From Gemmatimonadota bacterium (lineage in GTDB: Bacteria > Gemmatimonadota > Gemmatimonadetes > Gemmatimonadales > GWC2-71-9), in NCBI GenBank assembly GCA_025360265.1, contig JANYCP010000321.1:1-31554 (forward strand): 31,554 nt of DNA. Reading direction: 5' to 3'. This document shows, one piece after another, positions 15,789-23,498 of the stretch (positions are counted from its first letter, which is position 1; every line of letters starts with the position of its first letter). The translations under genes were made by a program, and so were the position numbers. The notes beneath the pieces are model-generated. The model was given only the letters and a program-made list of their open reading frames with translations, had not been told where the DNA came from and ran no database searches.

Positions 15789-16993
15789 CAATCCATTTGC
15801 CGCCGGATGAAGGTGGGGATTTCCATGTCCGACACGTCCGGAGTGGCCGGGCGCGTCGGTGTCGGTGCTGCCGGCTTTACGAACGATTGAGCGTTCGGTT
15901 TCGGCGCCGGCGGTGGGGTCGCCGCCGCGGTCTGGCCGATCGGCCCACCCACGGTGGTGCGGCGCGGCGAAAACGGCAGGACCTGCGGGTTTGCGGCGCG
16001 CTCGACGACCGGCTCGCCGGTGACTGCCCGATCGAACCCGGTGGCGATCACGGTGACCCGCACTTCGCCTTCCATGCGCGGATCGTTGCCCGCGCCGAAG
16101 ATGATCTGCGCGTCGTCGCCGACTGCATCGTGAATGATCTCGCTGATTTGTGTCGCCTCACCCAGGGTGAGGTCGTTGCCGCCAATGATGTTGATCAGCA
16201 CGCCGCTGGCGCCCTGAATTGAGACGTTGTCGAGCAATGGTGACGAGATCGCCTGCTGGGCGGCTTCAAGTGCCCGATTCTCGCCACGCCCGATGCCGGT
16301 GCCCATCAGCGCTGCGCCACCGTTCTGCATGACGGTCCGTACGTCGGCGAAGTCGACATTGATGATCCCGGTGCTGGTGATGAGCGACGCAATGCCGCGC
16401 GTCGCGTTCAGCAGCACTTCATCGGCCTTCTTCAGCGCATCCTGGAACGGAATTCCCTTGCCGACCACCGCAAGCAATCGTTCGTTCGGCACCACGATCA
16501 TGGTATCGACATTACGACGAAGTTCAGCAATCCCCATCTCCGCCTGCTTCATGCGCTTCCGTCCCTCGAACAGGAACGGCTTGGTCACGATGCCAACCGT
16601 CAGCGCGCCAATGTCCTTGGCGATCTGGGCGATGATCGGCGCCGCACCCGTGCCGGTGCCGCCGCCCATGCCGCAGGTCACAAAGACCAGGTCGGCTCCC
16701 TGGAGATGCTCAAGCACCTCGTCGCGATTCTCTTCGATCGCCTGCCGACCGATTTCCGGCCTCGCACCGGCACCGAGTCCTCGCGTCAGTTTCTTGCCGA
16801 TTTGTACCTTGACGTCAGAGCGCGAACTCGACAGCGCCTGCGAGTCGGTATTGACCGAGATGAACTGCACGCCGGCGAGATTCTCTTCGATCATGCGATT
16901 GACAGCATTGCCGCCACCGCCGCCGACGCCGACGACTTTCATCCGGGCATTCTGCCCCGGCTGATCTTCCAGTTCGAACGAAACACCCGTCAT
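15788..16993 (-). CDS. ftsZ: Cell division protein FtsZ
   Basis: 401 aa; VGVGGGGGNAV, GMGGGTGTG tubulin signature, NVDFADV, Pro/Ala/Thr linker, C-terminal EIPTFIRRQ; GGAGG SD. Confidence 0.99.
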   Translation of the reverse strand: MTGVSFELEDQPGQNARMKVVGVGGGGGNAVNRMIEENLAGVQFISVNTDSQALSSSRSDVKVQIGKKLTRGLGAGARPEIGRQAIEENRDEVLEHLQGADLVFVTCGMGGGTGTGAAPIIAQIAKDIGALTVGIVTKPFLFEGRKRMKQAEMGIAELRRNVDTMIVVPNERLLAVVGKGIPFQDALKKADEVLLNATRGIASLITSTGIINVDFADVRTVMQNGGAALMGTGIGRGENRALEAAQQAISSPLLDNVSIQGASGVLINIIGGNDLTLGEATQISEIIHDAVGDDAQIIFGAGNDPRMEGEVRVTVIATGFDRAVTGEPVVERAANPQVLPFSPRRTTVGGPIGQTAAATPPPAPKPNAQSFVKPAAPTPTRPATPDVSDMEIPTFIRRQMD

Positions 16994-17015
16994 AGCGAGC
17001 CTCCCCGAGAGGCGG

Positions 17016-18272
17016 TCAGAAAAAGTCCTGCAGCCAACGTTTTACCGGACCCAGCACCCGCTCCACGGCGGGAGAAGACTTGCCGGCAGCCCCGAACCCA
17101 GACCCGGTGGCCACCTGACGCGCCCCCCAGAGGGCCAACCCCACCGGAACCGCGAGTCCCGGGGCCGCCACCCGATCAACCAAACCCCTGAGCCCATCCG
17201 CCGGAACCCCCACCCTGACCGGGGCCGCAAACACGTCCCTCGTGAGCTCCACGATCCCTGGAGTCGCCGCCCCACCGCCCGAGAGGACGACGCCGGCCGG
17301 CAGGCCCGCCATCTGCCAGCCAGATCGCGTCACCTCGTCGCACGAGAGCTCGAGGACCTCCTGCAGCCGCATCCCCATGATGTGCGCTACCAGCTTGCGG
17401 GGCGCCTGCCGCGCCGCCTGGCCACCAGAACTCGGCAGCTCGATTACCTCGGCCTCCGGGACGAGCGCCTCGTAGGCGCCGCCAAACGAGACCTTGATCC
17501 GCTCCGCCTCAGCCTGGGTGACCTGCAGCCCGTGCACCAGATCCGAGGTGACGTGTCCCCCGGCAAATCGGAGGCAGGCCGTGTGCCGGAGCTTCCCGCC
17601 CTGAAAGATGGCGACAGAGGTGCTTCCGGCGCCAAGTTCAACCAGTACGACCCCGGCCTCACGCTCCTCGGCGGTCAGCACCGCCAGAGATGCTGCCAGC
17701 GGCTCTAACACGAATTCGCCAACGTGCCAGCCGGCCTTTTCCACGGCTTTGCGCTCGTGCGCCAGTGCGCTCGAACGCGCCGTCACGAGATAGACTTCCG
17801 CCTCAACCCGCTCACCACTCATGCCGATTGGATCGGCGAACCCTGATTGGCCGTCGACGCGGTAGTCATGCGGAATGGCGTGCAGGAGTTCCTGATCCTG
17901 GCCGAATGACACCGCACAGGCCACGTCGTTGACTCGGGCGAGATCGACGGTGCGTATCTCGCTGCCAGGAATGCTCGCCACACCGTGGGAGATTCGCTCG
18001 GCGACGTGCACACCGGAAACACTGCAATACACCGTGCCGACTTCCAGCCCGGCCACCTGCTCCGCGCCTTTCATCGCACGATTGATCGCCCGAACTGTTT
18101 CCTCGAAGTCGCGAATCGCGCCGCGGCGCACTGCCGTCGTTTGCTCGATACCGATGCCGAGAATGCGGAGCCCCCACGACCGGGAGTCGCCCGTCACTTC
18201 GCCAATGATGCCAGTGACCTTGCTGCTGCCCAGATCGATCGCTGCCACCAGTCGCTGCACCGGAACACTCAT
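17016..18272 (-). CDS. ftsA: Cell division protein FtsA
   Basis: 418 aa from ATG 18272 (ATGA with ftsQ); IDLGSSK, LEPLAASLAVL, ELGAGST, AERIK, SGGG, C-terminal amphipathic KRWLQDFF. Confidence 0.96.
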   Translation of the reverse strand: MSVPVQRLVAAIDLGSSKVTGIIGEVTGDSRSWGLRILGIGIEQTTAVRRGAIRDFEETVRAINRAMKGAEQVAGLEVGTVYCSVSGVHVAERISHGVASIPGSEIRTVDLARVNDVACAVSFGQDQELLHAIPHDYRVDGQSGFADPIGMSGERVEAEVYLVTARSSALAHERKAVEKAGWHVGEFVLEPLAASLAVLTAEEREAGVVLVELGAGSTSVAIFQGGKLRHTACLRFAGGHVTSDLVHGLQVTQAEAERIKVSFGGAYEALVPEAEVIELPSSGGQAARQAPRKLVAHIMGMRLQEVLELSCDEVTRSGWQMAGLPAGVVLSGGGAATPGIVELTRDVFAAPVRVGVPADGLRGLVDRVAAPGLAVPVGLALWGARQVATGSGFGAAGKSSPAVERVLGPVKRWLQDFF

Positions 18273-18949
18273 GCGGCACCCTTCTCGACAAACACGCGGT
18301 TGGGATACCGCGCGTCGATGCCGCGCCACGGTCTGCCACTCGTGTTCAAGTTGTCGATCACCGCGCTCACGCCGTGCAACACATTCGGACCAGCCTCAGG
18401 CCGCAGCCGGATTCGCCGGGTCCCTACAGTAAACACCACATCACCGTGATCGAGTTCCGCGGTGTCAATGCGTTCGTAGAGCGCGCGATCGGCTCGCTTC
18501 ACGCGAGCCAGGAGCGCCGCGACACTCGAGTCATGGGTCGCAACCGGCAGCTGCGCCGGTACACGGGTGGGGTCAAAGGGCAGCACGGCGCCCGCGGAGT
18601 CCATCAGCGCGAGGCGGTCTGTCAGCGCAGTGAGGGCCACGGGTGACGCCTCACGCAACGTGATGCGCAGCGTGCCGGGGAGGCGGCGCACAATGGTAGC
18701 CGCCAGGACGCCGGGAACAGACTGCGCCGCACGGCGAGCCGGTTCGAGAGGGTCGAATGTGCTTGCGGTGATGGGCAACGCGAGGAAACGAACGACCTCG
18801 CGTTCGTCCAAGTAACGGGTGCCGACGATTTCTACTTGACGCACCCGGAAGAACGTCAGCCGTCGCAAGAGTGTTGGCGTGAACGCGACGGCGGCCACGA
18901 CAAGCAGCACCGCACCCACAACCAGCACGCGACGCCAGGGCATCTTCAT
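18269..18949 (-). CDS. ftsQ: Cell division protein FtsQ/DivIB
   Basis: 226 aa; single TM, POTRA-like FRVRQVEIVG...IVRRLPGTLRITLRE, C-terminal IDARY; lies between murC and ftsA. Confidence 0.88.
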   Translation of the reverse strand: MKMPWRRVLVVGAVLLVVAAVAFTPTLLRRLTFFRVRQVEIVGTRYLDEREVVRFLALPITASTFDPLEPARRAAQSVPGVLAATIVRRLPGTLRITLREASPVALTALTDRLALMDSAGAVLPFDPTRVPAQLPVATHDSSVAALLARVKRADRALYERIDTAELDHGDVVFTVGTRRIRLRPEAGPNVLHGVSAVIDNLNTSGRPWRGIDARYPNRVFVEKGAA

Positions 18950-20319
18950 CGCGTCCTCAACAATGCGCGCACTTCAGGTCCCACTCGCGTTACATCTCCG
19001 GCACCGAGCGTGATCACCACGTCGCCGTCACGAACCAGCGCGGCGGTTTCCAGAGCGAGTTGTTCGCGCGCCGGTTCATACAACACCAGTGCACCGGCGG
19101 CGGTGGCGGCGTCGGCGACCAGCTTGCCGGTCACGCCGGCCATCGGTTGCTCGCGGGCACCGTAGACATCGGCGACGACAACAACATCGGCAGCCGCAAG
19201 CACGCGCCCCATTGCTTCGCCGTGTTCCAGCGTCCGCGAGTAGAGGTGCGGCTGGAATACGGCGACAAGGCGGCGCTCAGGATACGCCTGGCGTGCCGCG
19301 GCGAGCGTTGCGGCGAGTTCCGTCGGATGGTGGGCGTAATCGTCGACGAACATCACGCCGCTTTCTTCGCCAAGCCGCTCAAAACGACGGCCAACCCCGC
19401 CAAAGTGTTTAAGTGCGTCGAGCGCTGCATTCACATCGGCGTCAAGCGCGACGACAACGCCGAGCGCGGCGGTCGCGTTGCGAAGATTGTGCACGCCGGG
19501 CACGCGGAGGACGAGTCGGACCGTGGATTCATCTGGTAGCGTTACATCAGCGATCGAGCCTTCTGGCCCCAGTTCGCGAACGGCGATGGTGAGATCGGCG
19601 CGGTCGATGCCAAATCGCCACACCGGTCCATTCAGCGCGTTGGCGACCCGATCGCTTCCGGTATCGGCCGTGCCGATCAATGCACGACGCGCCCGACCGG
19701 CGAAGGTAACGAATGCCGCCTCGAGCGCTTCAAGGGAACCATAGCACTCCAGATGATCGGCTTCGACGTTGTTGACGACGGCGACGGTGGGCTCAAGGGT
19801 CAGGAACGCCTGATCGTATTCGTCGGCTTCCACTACAAAGAGTGCGTCGCCATCGAGCAGTGCGTTGCCGCCCCAACTGCTGACGCGGCCACCGGCAAGC
19901 CCTGACGGATGCAGGCCTCCGGCGCGGAGCGCTTCGGTGGTCATGACGGTCGTCGTCGTCTTGCCGTGCGTGCCGGCGATCGCAACCAGTGTGGTGCCGT
20001 TGACGAGCTTTGCCAACGCCTCCTTGCGGAAGACGATCGGCAACCCGGCTTTGCGAGCCGCCTGTAGTTCTGGATGATCGAGTGATGCGGCGGCCGTCGC
20101 GACGACGGCGCGCACGCCAATCAAGTGGGCAACGTCGAAACCGATCTCAACGGCAGCGCCTGCGGCGCGAAGATCGGAAAACGCGGTATCGTCGAGGTCA
20201 CAGCCGGTGACAGACACGCCTCGACGCAGCGCGGCAAGCGCGAGGGCGCTCATCCCGGCACCGCCGATGCCGAGAAAGTGGATGGGACGCGGATCGTTGG
20301 GGTCGAACAGTGCGGGCAC
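18946..20319 (-). CDS. murC: UDP-N-acetylmuramate--L-alanine ligase
   Basis: 457 aa, GTG start; GIGGAGMS, GTHGKTTT, EADE, EADHL, DDYAHHPTE, FQPHLYSRT. Confidence 0.97.
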   Translation of the reverse strand: MPALFDPNDPRPIHFLGIGGAGMSALALAALRRGVSVTGCDLDDTAFSDLRAAGAAVEIGFDVAHLIGVRAVVATAAASLDHPELQAARKAGLPIVFRKEALAKLVNGTTLVAIAGTHGKTTTTVMTTEALRAGGLHPSGLAGGRVSSWGGNALLDGDALFVVEADEYDQAFLTLEPTVAVVNNVEADHLECYGSLEALEAAFVTFAGRARRALIGTADTGSDRVANALNGPVWRFGIDRADLTIAVRELGPEGSIADVTLPDESTVRLVLRVPGVHNLRNATAALGVVVALDADVNAALDALKHFGGVGRRFERLGEESGVMFVDDYAHHPTELAATLAAARQAYPERRLVAVFQPHLYSRTLEHGEAMGRVLAAADVVVVADVYGAREQPMAGVTGKLVADAATAAGALVLYEPAREQLALETAALVRDGDVVITLGAGDVTRVGPEVRALLRTR

Positions 20320-20325
20320 GATCAG

Positions 20326-20355
20326 AAGATATACGGTCCGCGACTAAAGTCGCGG
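20326..20355 (-). promoter_or_regulatory. Candidate internal murC promoter (-10 TATCTT) with an upstream 18-bp palindrome
   Basis: Minus strand TATCTT (20331-20326), 6 nt, GTG 20319; perfect inverted repeat CCGCGACT-AA-AGTCGCGG at 20338-20355; no SD. Confidence 0.5.
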
Positions 20356-20362
20356 CCTCACC

Positions 20363-21250
20363 CTAAAATCTGAGAGCGCGAAGATATCCACAATTACGCC
20401 GCGCGCTCGCCAGCGGGTCGGGCGAGCGCTCCTGCTCCACATAACATGGCTTCCTGGCGAGATCCTTGACCGAGGAGAGGAACTTCTTGAAATCAAACAC
20501 CCCGGTCCCCAGTTCGGTGTCGTGCTTCCGATCCGAACTCACGTCCTTGAGGTGGAAGCTCCAATAGCGGTCGGCGTGCGCCGCGAGATACGCGTGTGGG
20601 TCACCGCCGCCTACCATCATGTTGCCGACATCAAGCTGGAGCCGCACGAACGCGGGATCGGTGTGCTCGACGAACAGATCGTAGGGGATCTTCCCATCGA
20701 TGGCGTGCTGATGGTCGGGTTCGTTGTGAAACGCCAACCACAACCCCGCCTTCCGTGCCGCCTCGCCGGCCTTGTTGAAGGTGTCGGCCCAGGCTCGCCA
20801 CCGATCCAGCGACTTGTTGGTATCGGATGGCAGACTCGGCACAATCAGATACTGGTGGCCGAGCAGATTGGCTGTATCGAGACTCTGGTCCCAGTTCTTG
20901 AGCAGCGTTTCCGGCGCAATGTGCGCCGACGGGGCGCGGAGGCCGAGGGCCTTGAGCGTCTCGCGCACCTGCTGCGGAGTGCGGCCGAAGTTGTTGAACG
21001 ACCAGAGCAACTCGAGATCGGCGTATCCCATGTCGCGGACCTTGGCCAAGGTGCCGTCGGGATCGGCACGCATCGCGTCGCGGACGGAGTAGAGCTCAAG
21101 GCCGATGCGGTCCAGGCTCGCCTGGCGTCCCCGCATGGGCGAGGGCAGCTCGATTCGGGCACCTGGCGCAACTGCGGCGCCGTAACTGCAGCCGAATCGA
21201 GCTGCACCCGACCATGCTGCAGCAGCGCTGATCAGTTCTCGACGATTCAT
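20363..21250 (-). CDS. Sugar phosphate isomerase/epimerase-family TIM-barrel protein (AP_endonuc_2/IolE-like) with twin-arginine-like N-terminus
   Basis: 295 aa; MNRRELI; GLELYSVRD, GYADLEL, SAHI, FHNE, LQLDVG, FHLKD, ELGTGVFDF, VEQE; ATGA overlap with murG. Confidence 0.88.
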   Translation of the reverse strand: MNRRELISAAAAWSGAARFGCSYGAAVAPGARIELPSPMRGRQASLDRIGLELYSVRDAMRADPDGTLAKVRDMGYADLELLWSFNNFGRTPQQVRETLKALGLRAPSAHIAPETLLKNWDQSLDTANLLGHQYLIVPSLPSDTNKSLDRWRAWADTFNKAGEAARKAGLWLAFHNEPDHQHAIDGKIPYDLFVEHTDPAFVRLQLDVGNMMVGGGDPHAYLAAHADRYWSFHLKDVSSDRKHDTELGTGVFDFKKFLSSVKDLARKPCYVEQERSPDPLASARRNCGYLRALRF

Positions 21251-22344
21251 GCAGTGCCCCCAGCGAGTCGACTAACCCTGATTGCAATTTCCCGGGCCGC
21301 ATTGGGCCGAGAGCGCCCTCGCGCCGCGGCGGACATTGTGGCGAGCGTGCTTCGATCGCCAAGGAGCTCGTTGACGGTTTTGCCAAACTGCGTGGCGTCG
21401 AGCCCCTCCTGATTGAGCATCAACGCCGCGCCCGACGACGACATGGCGCGGGCATTCAACATCTGGTGATCAGCCGCAGCCGTTGGCAGTGGAATTAGCA
21501 CCGATGGAATCCCCCAGGCACAGAGTTCGGCGAGGGTCATCATTCCGGAACGCGCAACGCATGCATCCGCAACCGACCATGCATCCGCCATTGGATCGAT
21601 GAATGGCAACACGTGAATGTGCGGCGGGTTGTGCAGGAACGCGAATTCGGCATGCGTCGCCCGCCCCGTTGACCAAAGCACCTGGGCCTGCCCTGCGCCA
21701 CCACCGCGCAGCCAGGCTGCCACGATCCGGTTGATCGCGAGCGAACCCTGCGAGCCACCCGTGATCACCAGCACCGGACGATCGTCGGAGAAGCCGAGCC
21801 GTGCCATCACGGCGGCGCGGCGCGTCGGGTCGGGCGGAACAATCGGCGCGCCGGTCACGATCGCGCGTTCCTGCACGCTGGCGGGAAGCGCACGCTGAGT
21901 CTCGGGCACCGCCAACCAGATTTCGCGGACCCGTTTCGCCAGCATCCGGGTCGCGAGTCCTGGTTGGACATCGAGTTCGAGAATGCCGGTGGGGATGCCG
22001 CGCCGAGCAGCTCGCCACAATACCGGCCCCGACACATATCCGCCGGTGCCAACCACGACCGCCGGTTTTTCGGCATCGAGCAGCGCGTCGATGCGCCGCA
22101 CCAGCTGCGGCAGCAGGAACGGCCACCGGACATTGCGCCACCACTGGCGGCGGTAGATCGGCTCGAGGGGCAGCAGATGGTGTCGCAGTCCGCGCTGCGG
22201 CAACACCTGCGCTTCGATCCCCCGCTCGGCTCCCACGAAGACAAAATGCCAACCCGCGTGCGCTTCCCCGGTTGCCGCGGCAACAGCAAGCGCCGGCATC
22301 AGGTGACCACCGGTCCCGCCGCCCGCCAGCATCACGGTGGTCAT
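21247..22344 (-). CDS. murG: Undecaprenyl-PP-MurNAc-pentapeptide GlcNAc transferase
   Basis: 365 aa; AGGGTGGH, GTGGYVSGP, GGSQGS, ARSG...AEL, IPLPTAAADHQMLNA; dcw position. Confidence 0.95.
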   Translation of the reverse strand: MTTVMLAGGGTGGHLMPALAVAAATGEAHAGWHFVFVGAERGIEAQVLPQRGLRHHLLPLEPIYRRQWWRNVRWPFLLPQLVRRIDALLDAEKPAVVVGTGGYVSGPVLWRAARRGIPTGILELDVQPGLATRMLAKRVREIWLAVPETQRALPASVQERAIVTGAPIVPPDPTRRAAVMARLGFSDDRPVLVITGGSQGSLAINRIVAAWLRGGGAGQAQVLWSTGRATHAEFAFLHNPPHIHVLPFIDPMADAWSVADACVARSGMMTLAELCAWGIPSVLIPLPTAAADHQMLNARAMSSSGAALMLNQEGLDATQFGKTVNELLGDRSTLATMSAAARGRSRPNAAREIAIRVSRLAGGTA

Positions 22345-23498
22345 TTGGTGCGTGCGGGCTTACCGCGCTGGCGGCCGATCGAGACGAGCACCCCGGCCGA
22401 AAGGAGATAGAGCAGTAATGAGACCCGCCCCACGGAAATGAACGGCAGCGTCAGTCCGGTTGATGGCATCAACCAGGTGACCACCGCCGCATGCATGAAC
22501 GCCGTCACGCCAACCGCAACGGTGAGTCCCGAGGCGAGGTAGGTGCCGAACGGATCCGGTGCGGTGAGCGCAATACGGAATCCCATCCAGCAAAAGAGTG
22601 CGAAGCAGATGGCGACGAACACGACGCCAACAAACCCCCACTCTTCGCCGATCACCGACAACATGTAGTCGGAATACACCTCGGCCGTAAATCCCAGCTT
22701 CTGGCTACCGTTAACGAATCCGACGCCCTTGATGCCACCGCCACCGAATCCGATCAATGCCTGACACTCCTGCGTGTCAGTGACACACTCGATCGCACTT
22801 CCTTTGAATGTGTCATGCCGTTTGTGTCGCACGGGGTCGAGTTTCAGCACCAGCACGAGCGCGACGCATCCGATGAGCGCGGCGAGGGCGAGATGGTGCA
22901 ACTTGGCTCCAGCCGTGAAAAGCACGGTCATGCCGATCACCCCAAGGGTCGTCGCCACTGAGTAGCTCGGTTCCAGCGCAACGAGGGCGCACACAAGCCC
23001 GACGGCGGTGATCGGCACGAAGAACCCGGTGTTGAAGTCGCGCAGCCTCGCCCCGAGCGTTGCCGCTGTCGCCGCGAGCCAGGCCGGGAGCGTGAATCGG
23101 GCGATCTCGCCGACTTGAATTCGCGCTCCGGCCTGGATCCATCGATGGGCGCCTTTTACGGCCGGGAAAATCTTTCCCACGACACCGGGTGCTGGCACGC
23201 CCCGCCAACGAACTGCGACAATTCCGATGGCGAGGAGCGCGACGAGCGTCGCGATCAGCATGGGCAGGGCGAGCTTCCGCCAGGTGCGATAGTCTGCATA
23301 CGCCGCAGCCGCGAACAACACACCGCCAATCAACGCCGCGACGCCCTGTTGGGTGGCCTCGTCGAACCACTTCTGCTTGTAGGTGCCCGACGAGTAACTG
23401 CTGGCAATTCCGATCACGGTGAGGATCAGGGTAACGAGCCCAAGCAACCGCGTCTCCCATCGAAATTCTCCCGGATGCCGCACCACCGACGTGCTCAC
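22341..23498 (-). CDS. ftsW: SEDS peptidoglycan polymerase FtsW
   Basis: 385 aa polytopic; RWI, EVYSDY...IGEEWGFVG, TGLTLPFIS; lies between murD and murG. Confidence 0.9.
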   Translation of the reverse strand: MSTSVVRHPGEFRWETRLLGLVTLILTVIGIASSYSSGTYKQKWFDEATQQGVAALIGGVLFAAAAYADYRTWRKLALPMLIATLVALLAIGIVAVRWRGVPAPGVVGKIFPAVKGAHRWIQAGARIQVGEIARFTLPAWLAATAATLGARLRDFNTGFFVPITAVGLVCALVALEPSYSVATTLGVIGMTVLFTAGAKLHHLALAALIGCVALVLVLKLDPVRHKRHDTFKGSAIECVTDTQECQALIGFGGGGIKGVGFVNGSQKLGFTAEVYSDYMLSVIGEEWGFVGVVFVAICFALFCWMGFRIALTAPDPFGTYLASGLTVAVGVTAFMHAAVVTWLMPSTGLTLPFISVGRVSLLLYLLSAGVLVSIGRQRGKPARTK

